Assembly: GCA_013265495.1 (NCBI GenBank)
Contig: MU061579.1
Coordinates: forward strand, 2,043,319 to 2,107,318
Source: Vicugna vicugna
Lineage: Eukaryota
Direction: 5' to 3'
Length of the DNA stretch: 64,000 nt
The number at the start of each line of letters is the position of its first letter. Positions within the stretch are counted from its first letter, which is position 1. This document shows positions 12,665 through 26,789 of this stretch, piece after piece. Both the position numbers and the translations under genes were made by a program. The notes beneath the pieces are model-generated. The model was given only the letters and a program-made list of their open reading frames with translations. It made no database searches and was not told the origin of the DNA.

Positions 12665-15600
12665 CCTTTTTTTCCCTATAATGGATAAACTTCAGTAGTT
12701 TTTGATTATAGTCACAGAATTGTACAATCATCACCATACTAAATTCAAAACATTTCATCACTCCCAAAAGAAATAGTACTGTGTACATTAGCAGTCACTC
12801 CCCATTCCTCCTGATTGCCCCAGACCTAGGCAATAACTAATCTACTTTATGCCTCTGTAGATTTACTTATTCTGAACATTTTATTTAAATAAACTCATAC
12901 AATATGTTACCATTTGTAATTGGCTTCTTTCGCTTAATCTAATGTTTTCAAAGTTTGTGTTTTAGGATGTTTCAATAATTAATTCCTTTTCATTGTGAAA
13001 TAGTGTTGTATGGATATACCGCATTTTGTTTATCCATTCGTCAGTTAAAATGGAAATTTGGGTTGTTTCCACATTTTGGCTATGATGATTAATGCTGCTA
13101 TGAACATTTGCATAGACGTTTTTGTGTGGACATATCTTACGATTTCTCCTGGGACTGTACATAGGAGTTGAATTGCTGCATCATATGGTAACTCCAGGTT
13201 TAACATCTTTTAAGAACTGCCAAAGTATATTCCAAAGGGTCTATGTCATTTTACATTCTAATCAGCCATTTATGAAGGTTTTAATTTCTTCATATTCTTG
13301 TCAACACTTATTGTCTGTCTTTTTGTATTGTAGTCACCCTAGTAGATGTGAAGTGACATCCTGTGTGTTTTTGATTTGCATTTTCTTGCTGGCTCATGGT
13401 GTCGAATATCTTTTCATTTGCTTATTGGACATTTGTTGTCTTTGAAGAAATGTCTCTTCAGATCCTTTGACCATTTTTTAATTTAGTTATTTTTTTTAAT
13501 TTAATTGTAGGGTTTTTAATATATTCTGAATACAAATCTTTTATTAGAAATATGATTTGCAAATATCTTATTACATTATGTGTGTTGTCTTTTCACTTTT
13601 TTTGACGATAATTGTTTGTAGCACAGAAGTGTTTTATTTTGACAAAGTCCAATGTATCTTTATTTCTTCTGTTACTTGTGCTTTTGATGTCATATATAAG
13701 GCTTTGCCTAACCCAAGGTCATAAATACATACTCATATTTTCTTGTTAGAGTTTATACTTTTAGCTATTATATTTAGGTCTGTGATCCATTTTGAGGTAT
13801 TTTTATATATGACTTAAGGAAAGGGTCCAACTTCATTCTTTTACATATGGATGTCCAGTTGTTCACTACCATTCATCAAAAAGATTATTCTTTACCATAT
13901 TGAATTGTCATAGCGCCTTTGTCAAAAATCACTTGACCATAAATATGGGAGCTTATTTCTGGACCTCATTCTGTTCCATCAGTCTATACGTCTGTACTTA
14001 TGCCAGGACCACACTGTCCTGATTTCTGTAACTCTGCAGTCAGTTTTGAAATCAGGAAGTGTGAGTCCTCCAACTTTGTTCTTCTTTTTAAAGATTATAT
14101 TGACTATTCATTTCCATATGAGTTTTATGAATGCCTTGTCAATTTCTGCTGAAAAAGAAACTGAAATTTTGATAAGGATGTAATGAATCTGTAGATCATT
14201 TGGGGAAATATTGTCATCTTAATATTAATTCTTTTGATATAGGAGCATGGAATGTCTTTACATTTATTTAGGACTTCTTTTATTTCTTTCAACAATGTTT
14301 TGCGTTTTTCAGAGTACACATGTTAATTTTTTGTTGTTGTTAAACTTTCTCTTAAGCATTTTATTTTTTGATGTTATTATCTGGGAAGTCTTTTTCTTAA
14401 TTTCATATTCTGATTATTTCCAGGGTACGGAATACGGATGATTTTTGTATACTGATCTTACATTCCTCATCCTTTTCAGAACTCTTCTGTTATTTCTATT
14501 TTGTGCATTTTAAAGGATTTTCTTTTTTTAAGATCATGTCATTGGCAAATAGAAATAATTTTCCTTCTTCCTTTCCTACCTGGATGCATTTTATTTCTTT
14601 TTCTTACCTGACTGCCCTTGCTAGAACATTTAGCACAGTGTTAAATAGAAGTGATGAAAGGCAGCCTTGTCTTGTACCTTATCTTGGGGGAAAGTATATA
14701 GACTCTCATCAGCAAGTGTGATGCTAGCTATGTTCTTTTTATTTTTTTTTTTAATAGATGCCCTTTTTCTGGTTGAGAAAGTCCCTTTTTATTCCAAATG
14801 TATGGAGTGTTTTAATCATAAATAATATTTGATTTTGTCAAATGCTTTTTCTGTTTCTATGGGAATTATGATGTGTTTCTTTTCCTTAATTCTGTTAATA
14901 TAATGTGTCACATTAATTGATTTTCGGATATTAAATAACCTTGCATTCTTGGGATAAATCCCACTTTGTTACAGGGTATAATTCTTTTTATACGTTGATA
15001 AGTTTAGCTTGCTAGTATTTTGTTTAGGATTTTTACATATGTATTCATTATGGTATTGGTCAGTAGTTTTCTCTTTTATGATGTTTTACGTCCAGTTTTC
15101 GTATCAGGATAATACATGATCTCGTGGAATGATTGTGAAAATATAAGTATTTCCTCCTCTTCTTTTTCTTCTTCTTCTTCTTCTTCTTCTTCTTCTTTTT
15201 TTTTTTTTTTAGAAATTTCTGAGTCACATTAAATTTTCTTTAATTTCAGTAGAGTTTACTAATGAGGCCATCTGGGCCTGGGATTTTTTTTTATGGGAAG
15301 TTTTTTTAAATTACTGGTTAACCCCTTTGCTTTTTATAGATATAATCCCATTTTCTATTTCTTTATGAATTGATTTTGGTAGTTTATGTCTATGTAGAAA
15401 TTTGTCTGTTTCTTTTAGGCTAGCTCATTTGTTTCCATACAGATTTTATAATATTCCCTGATACTGTTTTTTTTTATTTATTATTTCTGTGAGGTTGGCA
15501 GTGATGCACCTCTTTAATTCCTGATTTTAGTAATTTGTCATCTTTTTGTCTTAGTCTATCAAAAGGTTTGTCCATTTGGTTGATCTTTTCAAAGAAACAA

Positions 15601-16390
15601 CTTTTCATTGATTTTTCTCCTTGTTTTTCTATTCTGTTTTCTTCATTTTCACTCTAAGTTTTATTATCTCTCTTCAGATTTAATTTTCTCTTCCTTTTTG
15701 AATGTTATGGTGGAAGCTTAGGTTATGATTTGAGGTACTTCTTTTTAATATAAGTATTTACAGATACAAATTTATCTTAAGGCATTGTTTTCATTGCATT
15801 TCCTAAGTTTTATTAGTTTGTGTTTTCATTTATATTTTCATTTTCATTTGTTTCAAAGTACTTTCTGATTTCTCTGGTGATTTCTTCTTTGATATATTGG
15901 TCATTTAATTATGTTATATGATTTACACATATTTGTGATTTCCCTTTTTTTCCCTCTCATTGATTTCTAACATATTTTATATGATTTTAATCCTTTTAAA
16001 TTTGTTTAGTCTTTTTGTTTATGGTGGTTGGGGACCTGGTGGTAAAAACATTCTCCAGGGTCTATGCTGGAGAATGTTCCATGCGGATATGAAAGGGGGG
16101 ATTCTGTTGTTTGGGGGTGTAGTGTTTTATAGATGCTCTTTAGAGACCTGCTAGGCATAGTTGGCTTCTGGTCTTGGTGGAGTCTTCTATTTGCTTGTTG
16201 ATCTTCGTAGTTGATACTGCCTTTATAGGAAATGAGGTATTGACATCTCCCACTATTATTGTTGAATTGTCTCTTTTTTTCTTCAGTTCTGCCAATTTGC
16301 TTCACATGTTTTGGGACTCCGTTAGGTGCACGTGTGTTTTTAAGTATTACATCTTCCTAATGGGTTGACCCATCTATGAACTCTACAATG
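12665..16390 (-). mobile_element. Degenerate L1 (L1MA/MB-age), ORF2 endonuclease region to 3' UTR
   Basis: Minus-strand ORF2 remnants [24 protein letters not shown] (14125-14319) and DEWINKMRYIHT (12962-13162), with many stops and frameshifts. Internal (CTT)n-polyT near 15165-15210. Confidence 0.9.
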
Positions 16391-16679
16391 TCTATCTTTG
16401 AAAATGATAGACACTGTCTTTGAAAATGTGCACTGTGTTCTGAAACTTCATTTTGGCTTAAGGTGCTTTGAAAACTTTCATTTACCGGTTAATATTCTGT
16501 CATATAGGTTATGTTACTTTCGCAGCGTTAAGAACCTAGAAAGGGAAGTCAGTGCCTACTGTTTTGCTAATTATTTAAATATCTTATGTTTTGTTTCTCA
16601 CTCCAGGCCATTTAGTGAGAACCTAAGTATCTGACAACAGTTTAGTGCTTTTGGGAAACAAACACTTTTGGGTGCAGCT

Positions 16680-16850
16680 GAAATGCATGAGCTTTCGAAT
16701 CATACAGGTTTGGGTCCTCATTCTAGTTTCTCTGCTTAGTGATCTCTTCATCTTTCTGAGCTGTAGTTCTCTCATGTGTAACATAGAAAAAAATTTACCT
16801 TCTTAAAGTTCTTATGGAAAGTACATGAAACAGTATATGTAAGATATATG
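16680..16850 (+). mobile_element. MIR SINE
   Basis: TCTTTCTGAGCTGTAGTTCTCTCATGTGTAACATAG core-like sequence. Confidence 0.55.
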
Positions 16851-17049
16851 AGTTATCAAAGTGACATGTATATCATAATTCAAAACCTGTTAGTGTCCTT
16901 GATTTCTTTTCTTATCTAGGTTAGGTTAATAATTCTAATTTCTTTAAATTTACTTTAAATTTAAAAAAAAAAGGAAAGCAATATAAGTGAGATAGAAAAT
17001 TCAAATCCACTGAAAAATACATTGAGATTCAGTTAGATACGTATGAACC

Positions 17050-17930
17050 TGTGACAAAGAGTAGAATAAGTAAAATCAAAAAACAAATAATTTCTGGGGA
17101 AAGTATGGCTTCCAGTACATTTCCTTGTGTTGTGAAAATTGGTTAGTTGATATTTAATATGCAAAGAAATCCTAGAATCAAAAACAAAATACAAATGTTA
17201 AAAACAAAAACTGGAGAAAAATATAAGCAGGAAATTCAAAAAGGGAAAAATTCAGTGATGTCATGATGACATGATATTTCAGTTTTTAAAATGAAATATA
17301 TTCATGGCAAACAATTAAGGATATTAAAAATATACAATACAACACAGAGTGTAAAAAATGGGAACTCAGACTTCCATGGAGGAAATGTGAATTGTTTAAA
17401 TCTTTTTGAAAGTTAATCTGGCATATCTATTGTAATTCAAACTGCATGTGTTTTAGCTACTCTCGCTTTGGAACCTATACTATAGAAATAAATATGCTAG
17501 TATGGAAGTAATTATTGTTTTTGGTTATAAAGTAATGCCAACATATTGAATTATTTTTGTATGGAAAATACCTGAATAAAATACAATATATCCAGACTCT
17601 AGAAAATTGCACAGCTGTGAAAAATCATTAAATTATACTGCTCATATTGACCTGGAGAAAGTTTCATTAGTAAGCAAAGTATTTGGTATTATTTAACTTT
17701 TTATTAAAGAACAAAAACAAATGATATATATGTACAGACACTAGTTGTATGTACAAAACTAGAGTAAAATGAGGAAAGCTGTATCTCCAATGCGCTAGTA
17801 TTTGTTACCTTAGGGGATGACACTGGCCGGGGAACGGACATCATTTACTTTCCACTTTGTACATTTGTGCTGTTTGACTTGTTACAAGAAGCAGGTATTA
17901 CATTTCTAATTTTTAAAACCCAATATGTAT
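17050..17930 (+). mobile_element. Ancient L1 (L1ME-like) fragment
   Basis: AAATGGGAACTC..GGAAATGTGAATTGTTTAAATCTTTTTGAAAGTTAATCTGGCA resembles the L1 ORF2 3' region. Highly decayed. Confidence 0.45.
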
Positions 17931-19834
17931 TTTAAAGACATGGAATGGGAAAAAAAAAAGATGAGGGCAAAGGAAATGGCAAGAGGAGATGAGAGGTGAC
18001 ATATCACAGGTAAGTATGACATAGAATAGAAATAAAATCAGAAAAGCCCAGTGCTAGATCATATCCCTTGAGTCGTTGGGACTGTCTGATGAGGACAGAG
18101 GAACACCTAGCAGCCTCACCTCTCAGCTGTGGGAAGATTTGCTTTAGCGACTGCAGACGCCTTACCATATCTGAAATCTTTCATTTTTACTCTGCTCTAA
18201 CTTGTCAAACAGTACTTCTGCTTTGTGTGGCAAGTGCCTGTCTGCATTTTCACTGCCCTTGAAGAAAGACACTCATGATGCCAGAGACATCAAATTCCAG
18301 TCAAGCTTGCTCCTGGAATTGGAACACATGAGCATTCAGTTTTAAGATCAGTCAGTAGGTTTCCATTAGAGTGGACCATCACAGAAGCCAATTTGGTAGA
18401 TTATCATAAATTGCAGTCTCATTAGATAAGTTTATCCCTGGATGATATTTAATAATCATGAAATATCATTCTGTCTTTATTACTTAAAAATGCCAATGAC
18501 AGAAAAGGAAAGAAAGAGGATTAAGCTTAGAATGCATTCTATAATGCATTCTGTATCTGTGTGACACCCCTACATTACCAATTGGCTTATTATTTATCAA
18601 AGCAGCACACACACACAAATAATGTCCACCAGGAACAAGCTAGAAAATACACTGCAGATTTGGAGCATTAACCATATTGTGTCTTTATAATGTTAAAGTT
18701 TAGGACAGTCTTTATCAGGAAAGTTATTTTAGATACTGCATGCAAAAAAAGAAGACATTTTCTTGGTCATAACTATAAACACCATCTTTTACAAATATTA
18801 ACATAGAGTGTTACATAATAAATTTTATAAAAAGTAATTTTTATTTTCAGCTTTTCTAAGAAAAAGTCTCCAAGAGTTTTTTCCCTTAATACGAAAACAC
18901 GGTGTTCTTGCAGATCTTTAAAATATACACATTGTACTGGAGTTAAGGGGTCTGCTGCAGGCTAGAAAATGATGAAAAGCAATTCTAATAAATTCTATTT
19001 GCTTATTGTACTGTCTTTCTTCATGTCTTTAATTTATATGTTTACACAAGAATCTTTATTACATTCATGTCTTTTAAATGTTCTAAAAAATAAAAACAGC
19101 AATGGTAGTGTTTAGTGTTCCTCTAATTTTTTATATATGATTTAGTTTCTAAGTCTACTCATTCTTCTTCGATATTTTAAGTCCTATCTTGTGTCTCAGT
19201 CTTTACCCCCAGCACTCGTTATTTTTCCTTCTCAGAGTATTGTGATTATAACTAAGGGTTATTTCTGTTTTTGGTGATATCTCTTAAATGGTGGCCAAGA
19301 GCAAATTGACTATTTTCATTCCATTCCTTATTTAAGACAACATAAATCAAGCTGCTTCTGGACATAATTTTCTCAAAATATATACTCTTTAATACTTTTG
19401 ACATGTCTCCATTTGTACTTAAATATATTCACAAATAAACATGTATGTTTGTGCATATCAAAGTACAATTTAACAAAAGATCTTTATAAAAATAATAAAA
19501 TTTATATAATTAGATGGAAAATCACACATAAACTTTTATGCAGAGGGATTTCTAAATTAAGACAGCTAGCAAATATTACAATTAAATAGAAAAATACTAT
19601 CTTTTCAAAGAGAAATCAACACAAATTGGAATATGCCAGAACTTCCCTGGCTTATAACTTCTAGTTCATGATTGGTCTTTTTACTTGCCCCATTACCCTG
19701 TGCATTTATTCTTCTGTTGGTATACACCATTAATATCATTAATTGATATATATTGTTGAATTTTTGTATGCTTGCTTAGTTTTCTTTCTCCATTTATTTG
19801 TGGTATCAGTTGTGCTGCTTACTTGAATGAAAGA

Positions 19835-20040
19835 ATGGTGATAATAACATATATTGCTCACTATCTTTGGGCCAGCACAATTCTAAGCACTTTATATAGA
19901 TTTTATTTTTTATTCTTCCCGTAGGTGATTTCTACTCATTTCCATTTTCTAGATAAGAAATCTGAGACACAGAGAGTTTGCATAACTTGGCCAAAGTCAC
20001 AAAGTTAAGCCACAAAAGATTCAAACTCCAGTGCTTCAAC
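19835..20040 (-). mobile_element. MIR SINE
   Basis: CCATTTTCTAGATAAGAAATCTGAGACACAGAGAG...AACTTGGCCAAAGTCACA. Confidence 0.75.
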
Positions 20041-20107
20041 AGTTAGTTAATAACCAAGAGCTACCATAATGACTATATATTTGACATGCAGAGAGTTGAA
20101 AATTATA

Positions 20108-20684
20108 TGTAATAGAATTCTATTTCTGCATAATGTGATACCCAAAAACCTAGTAGCTTAAATCAACAAAATGAATTATCTCACAGTTTCTCTGAGTCAG
20201 GAAATTTGGAGTGGTTTATCTGCTGCCTCTGGTTCAGAATCTATCACAACAGTGCAGTCAAGGTGTCTTCTTGGTCTCTGGTCTCAACTGAAAATTCGGC
20301 TGGAAGACGTGCCTCTCCTAGTGAGCTCACTCACATGGCGATTGGCAGGTCTCAGAACGTCTAAGCCTAACCATGTAACTGTAGGCAGGCGTACGGTTCT
20401 TGCTGAGTATTGGCCAGAGATGATAGTTTCTGTCCATTTGGGCCTCTGTGCAATTACATCATGGCAGCAGTTTCCCTCAGAGACAGCAAAGGAGAGAGCA
20501 AGAGATAGTCCAGGTGGAAGCCACAGTCTCTTCATAACCTTATGCTGGAAGTGACAGCCATCACGTTCACCATAAGCTGTTTATTAGGAGTGAGTCACTG
20601 GACCCAGCCCACACAAGGAGAGGGGACTACATGAATACTAAAAGGCAAGGATAATTGGGTGCCATCTTAGAGGCAGTCTACCAA
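20108..20684 (-). mobile_element. MaLR LTR MLT1F-like
   Basis: TAGTAGCTTAAATCAACA..ATCTCACAGTTTCT..GTCAGGAAATTTGGAG start and GCCATCTTAGAGGCAGTCTACCA end. Confidence 0.75.
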
Positions 20685-23149
20685 TCATAGGATCTCTATT
20701 TTGATTTATTTAGAGTCTGGTACAAAATAGTAATGACTTCAGCAAATCACAGCTGCTAATTTTCTCATCAAGCTCATGATGATAATAACCTATCTGACCA
20801 AAGTCCTGGGGCTATTCAGGGGATAAAAGAAAAGTCACAGATATGAAAAGTTAAGAGCTTAATATAAATATGACTTTACTATATTATTATTTTTCAAAGA
20901 CAAGGGATTATGACTAACTCATTTTGATTAGATCAGATCTCTTCTCCATTTATTTCCTCATTATACTGCACATCAATGCTAAATTTCATTTTTATCTTAT
21001 ATCCATAGATATGCAAATAATCAGCAAAAATGTGAAATGGCCACAGGAAAGAAAACTAATATTTATGGGGCATAACTCATGTTGATCTCTGTGCCGGACA
21101 TTTTATATACATGAGCTCATTTAAATCCTCACAATTACTTTCTAAGGGGGTAGCCCCTCCATTCCTTTTATAAGATACTTACTCTTAAAGAAGGAGTACA
21201 GCTAATGATCAGACAGAGTAGCTCTATTTTTCCTTTCACCTGTTCTCCAAGGCAAGTCCATAATAGGGTCTTTCATTTTGCCCCATTCAGAATTTTAGAG
21301 GTGTAGAAATAACCTTACTAATCTTGATCGATTTTTTTTACCTCCAGGCAATACCATAGCCAAAAAAATATATCCATCTATCATTTTCTTTAAAATCTCC
21401 AGAGAAAGCAACCTGCTTGTTTAACATATCACATCACACTGGTTCAGTGCCTGCAGTATAGTGGCTCAGTCTTCCTTATGTTGGCTTTGCATATATTTAT
21501 ATCCTAAAGTTTGATCAGAATGCCTCAACAATAGAGATAACACATTTTGTAAAGTATGAAATAATGACTCTCTCATTCTCTCCCTTTCAGGTATGCACAC
21601 AACATACATACTGTGTACACTCATTTGCATGCACACAATCATTGGATGATTGGCATCAATATAGTCTGTCTGGGAACTACATGTATTAGCCAAGTCCAAT
21701 GATTGTGATATAATTTGACATTTCTGAGGGTCATCTTTTTCATAATTGCCTTCAAAGCTACTTTTACGCACCACAAATTCCTCAAAATAAGAAATGCAAC
21801 TTATTGTTTGAATAAATGTAGTACTGTCCAGACCTATCACGTATTTAATTCACATAAAAAGGCTCTGAATGTCCATTTCTAGTAATCAATAGCACCTTCG
21901 AAGGACGATAGGAATAGTCCCAAGTTTGCTGAAGAGGAAATCTGAGAATGTTCAGACTACTTGCGGTATCGTAGGAGTAATTACACAACTTCTCAGTGTG
22001 ACAGATTTGAAGATATTTGCACCTATTAGATGGTAGGCTCTGATTTGCTAGCTTTCAGAGAGAAGTCTTTAACAATTTTACATTACATTATAGCTAGCCT
22101 TATCCTAAGAGAGTGCTATTCTCCATGAGAAGTAAAGGCATGGACTCATTCATACTAAAATCAAATGTGTGATTTGTGTGTGATTATATCTCACGCTGGT
22201 TAAGATAAAATTAATGAAATTACTTGGGTCACTTCTTATACTTCTGCACTTCCCATAATTCCGTGTGAATATCTAGGCACAAAATAGGTAAATAACATGT
22301 GTTTAATAAATTGTATGTATGAAACTGACTACTGATGAGCTACTCTGGCATTTTCAGATGATACATTCCAAACTTTGCCATAACAATCAGTTAATTGCAA
22401 GATAAAAATCACTCTCGAATAAGCTATGGATTTTAATGCTTCCTTTGAATAATTGCTGAGTTGAGGAGAGCATGAGGCAGTGTAATGGAAACAGATTACT
22501 GGGTAGATACTTTTAGAAGCCATGATGTCTGTATTTAGATCTCATGATGCTTTTGTTAAATGTTTACAACAGTAAATAACCTGAGTTCAATAAATATTAT
22601 TGGTCATTTAAAAAAACACAATTCTTGCTGCAGAATTTTACTCAATGGGCTGAGTGGCCTTGGTACAGTTGTTTTGCTTTAATATGATTGAGTTTCCTCT
22701 TTGAAATTGGGAACCCTAAACTCACAGAGTGTAAGTTCTGTGAGTGACCTTAGAGACATCTCATTAAAATCCTACAGTTTACAGATTGAGAGGCTCTATC
22801 CATCAGAATGGGCTGCATTGTGCCACTGAAGCAAACACTCCCTAAATCTCAGGAACACAAAACAACAAGTGTTTATGTCCCACTCCTGCAAATACTGCTT
22901 ACTCAAGATTTGGGTAACGATCCTGGGCATCTGTATTAAATAATTTAATAAGGCTACAATTATTAGGTCCTAAAATCTCATGTATGCATTTTTTCAGTCT
23001 TTTCACCCCTAAATCCCATGATCAGTTACTGAATTGAACATTTACTCTAGTGGACATTACCAAGGATGGCCAGGGAATCTTTGTATATTCTGCATGTTGG
23101 CTAACACTCTAGGCTGCTTTAATCTCACGATGCATATATATTAACATGT

Positions 23150-23632
23150 TGTGATGGTTAATTTTATATGTCAATTTTATTGGGGCACATAGTGCCCAGG
23201 TATTTGGTCAGACATGCTGGGTATGTCCATGAGGATGTTTTGGATGAGATTAACATTTGAATCAGTAGACTGAGTGAAGCAGCTAGTCCTCCCTAATGTG
23301 GGTAGCCCTCATCTAAACCACTGAAAAACTGAATACAATAAAAAAAACTGAGTAGCAGGGAACTTCTGTCTTAGTACTTAAATTGGGACATTGATTTTTT
23401 CCAGTCTTTGGACTCAGACTGAAATGTTAGCTTTTCCTGGGTCTTGAACCTGCCAGCCACAGATCTGGGGCTTTCTCAGCCTCCGTAATCACTTGAGCCA
23501 ATTCCTTATGATTTCTCTCTCTTTCACAAATACATGTATACACTATATATATAGTGTGTATGTATGTGTATAAGTATATGCATATATCCTGTACCTTATA
23601 GTTTTTTGTTTTCTGGAGACTAACATAATACA
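23150..23632 (+). mobile_element. 5' LTR of ERV-L provirus (MLT2-type)
   Basis: TGTGATGGTTAATTTTATATGTCAA start, ATCAGTAGACTGAGTGAAGCAG, and TAATACA end, followed immediately by the ERV-L leader GATGTTGGTACC. Confidence 0.85.
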
Positions 23633-26235
23633 GATGTTGGTACCAACAGTAGTTCTAGAGGAACAGAATTTTAAGGATGAATTTTCTGAATTGATTCTGA
23701 GGTTTCTGGAATTGGCTCTCTAATATGATTAGATGTAAAGATGCTAATGAATTTGTTTGCAGTGAAAGAGAGGGTACTGATAGTCCATGGCATGATCTGG
23801 CACTAGAGACACGCAAAATGTCATCACTGGATACTCCTAACCAACCACTTAGGAAAAACAAGGACCTCGGTGATGTTGTATTTGATACTTTTGAACATTC
23901 TTGGTAAACTGAGTTGTATAATGAGATTGGCTGGTTGCTCCTATTGTAGCTGGATATAGTGGGGGAAATAAGGATGGGCTCAGAGGTTCAAATTCCCAGC
24001 TCAAGTGCCATATACCTGACCTGAAAATTTCTATATGTGGCCTCAGGCAGACTCTTATCTCCTGTAGTTGCAGTGCTGAGATGGCTGGAAATTAAACAAG
24101 GAATATCATCCTGTAGCTGGCTGAATTACAATTCAAGTTGAATTCCCAGCTTCTCAGGGTGTCTCCTGTTAAAATGAAGGCATTAATTGGGAAGGACTTA
24201 TATCCTGATGTGACCTCAGCTGCCCATTGTGAGCTGAGTCTCATAAAGTTGGGTGTGCACGGCAGCATTCCAAGTGGTAGGCACATGGTCAAACCCGAGC
24301 AAACCCCGAAGGCACGAGTAAGTTACATGAAAAAATGGTCCAAATGCTCATGGTCCCCACTCCTGCTACCCTGCCTTCTCTCTCTGTCTGCCTCTCTGGC
24401 CTCATGGGGAGTTTCCTACAATCAGCTGACAGAGGAAGAGAACACATGGGCCTGGTTTACGAGTGATTCTGCACGGTATGCAGGCACCACCTGAAAGTGG
24501 TTGACTGCAGCACTGTAGCCCCCATGGGACGTCCCTGAAGGACAGTGGTGAGCGGAATCGTACTAGCGGTCTGAACTTCAAGAGTGCGTGTGCTGTTCAC
24601 CTGGCATGAAAGGATAAATAGCCAGAGGTACGGTTATAATGATTCATGGGCTATGGCCAGTGATTTGGCTGGATGGACACAGACATGGAAGGAATATGAC
24701 TTAGAAATTGGTGATAAGAAAATCTGGGGAAGAGGTATGTAGACAGGCCTCTCTGAGGAGGCAAAAATATGAAGGTATGTGTTTCCTATGTGAATGTTCA
24801 ACAAAGGGTGACTCCAGCAGAGGAGGAGTTTAATAATCAAGATGACCCTTTCTGTGACACCAATCAGCCTCTTTTCCTAGCCACCCCTGTCATTACCTAA
24901 TGAGCTCATGAACGAAGTCACCAGTGGTGGCAAGGTTGAAGTTTACACATGGACTCAGCAACATGGACTCCCATTCGCTAAGGCCAACCTGGCTATAGTC
25001 ATGACTGAATACCCAATCTGCCATCAGCAAAGTTCAACACCATTCCTGAGAGTGATCACAAGCTACCTGGTGACAGGTTCACTTCACTGGACAGCTTGCA
25101 TCATGGAAAGGGCAGTCTCTTGTTCTTACCTGAATAGATTTTTGCTCTAGATACAGATTTGCCTTTTCTGACTGCAGTGCTTCTGCCAAAACTACCACCC
25201 ATCAATTCACGGAATGCCTTATCTACCATTGTGGTTTTCCACTCAGCATTGCTTCTGATCAGGGGTCTCACTTCACAGTAAAAGCTTAGCAGTGGGTTCA
25301 TGCTCATGGAATTTACTATTCTCATCATGTTCCTTGTTGGGAAAGGCAATCTCATGTGTGCAGTCTTTCTACCCCTGACTTGGCCACCTAAGAATGGGCC
25401 TTGGGCCTGGAACACTTCCTTACCAAGAGATAAATAGCCCACACAGCGTGTCCCAGGCTTATCAACTTGTGTGGGAGTATCTTTCGCTGTTTCTGTCTCA
25501 GTGAGAGTTGCTTTGTTCTGCTTAGGCATGCATATCAATGGCCCTCAGGCAGAACCCCACCTTTTAGTATTCCAGACTCCATGGAGGAGGGATCAGTCCT
25601 TCTACTGAAGCATGAGTGCACCTAGCCAGATGGTCCTTCTGCAGCTGCTTGTGGAAGGATGATGAGGGGATGAGATGGAGCATGCTAATCATAAGAGATC
25701 AATGCACACTACTGAAGCTGATCTTGCTCTGTCTCTTCTCTATGTAAGTAAAGCCCTTGTCCCATCCAGAGCTTGACTGTGTTGTGTTTTCCTTGGCAAC
25801 TTTGATATTAAGATGCAGTGGACAAAAGTACTTGGACTTCTAATCCTTTGGGCTGGTGTTGTGATGATCTTTGCTCTTCTCCCACATAGTTTAAGTCCTC
25901 CCTTGGCATTAGTTAAGTGTACAAAGTGTTTTGCTGTACATTTCCCACACATCCTGGAGCAGCTGGCCTGATAAAACTGTGAAATGGCCTTTTGAAGACT
26001 CAGTTATAGTGCCAGCTGGGTCACAGTATCCTCAAGGGCTGGGGAAACATTCACCAGAAGAAAATATATGCCCTGAATCAATGTTCAACACATGGTGCTA
26101 TTTCCCTGATAGCCAGGATTCCCAGGAATCAAGAGGTCAGGAATCAAGCCAGGAATCAAGGGGTAGAAATTCAAGTAGCACCACTCACTGTTAACTCTAG
26201 TGACCCACAGAAAAATGTTTGTTTCTTGTTCCCAC
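23633..26235 (+). pseudogene. ERV-L internal region, deleted and degenerate (gag 5' part, RNase H and integrase remnants)
   Basis: QLTEEENTWAWFTSDSARYAGT (RNase H start), WTQQHGLPFAKANLA..CHQQ (integrase Zn-finger region) and CATCCTGGAGCAGCTGGCCTGATA (integrase core). Confidence 0.85.
25335..25949 (+). mobile_element. Solo LTR nested within ERV-L integrase (family uncertain, probably ERV1-class)
   Basis: Termini TGTTGGGAAA...TTTCCCACA (inverted, TG..CA). Integrase sequence stops at CATGTTCC and resumes at CATCCTG. Confidence 0.7.
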
Positions 26236-26740
26236 AAACATTATTCTGGGTCTGTCTGTGAGGGTGTTTTTGGTTAAGATTAACATTTAATCAGTAGACT
26301 GAGTAAAGCAGATTGTCCTCTTTCATGTGGGTGGGCCTCATCCAATCAGTTGAAGGCCTGATAGAACAAAAAGACTGAGTATGAGGAAACTTCTTACTGC
26401 ATGAGCTGGGACATTGTTTTGTTGTTGTCGTTGTTGTTGTTTTTCAGCCTTGGGACTCCGACTGAAACATCAGTTCTTAGGTTGAGCCTGCTATATTTTA
26501 GGCTGAAATTTATACCATGGGCTCTCCTGGTTCTCATGGGATTAGAACTACATGACTCTTGGATCTCTAGTTTGCAATTGCGTATCTTACTATTTTTCAG
26601 TCTCCATAATTGTGTGAGCCAATTCCTTATAATTTCTCCCTCAAATGATAGATAGTTAGAGCTAGCTAGCTAGCTATGGGAGAGAGAGAGAGTAGAATGT
26701 CAGTTGTATATATTCTGTGTCACTGAACAACGTTAATATA
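26236..26740 (+). mobile_element. 3' LTR of ERV-L provirus (MLT2-type), 5'-truncated
   Basis: Homologous to 23150-23632 (GATTAACATTT, ATCAGTAGACTGAGT, GAGCCAATTCCTTAT) but lacks roughly the first 60 bp. Confidence 0.8.
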
Positions 26741-26789
26741 ATGTTAAGGAAGAAAAGATGGGGAATTGTTTGCTGTCTCTCAAATACCT

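Noticed and set aside
24138..25150. ERV ORFs as a domesticated gene
   Set aside because: Short and frameshifted, with the RNase H motif decayed (FTSDS instead of FTDGS) and integrase interrupted.
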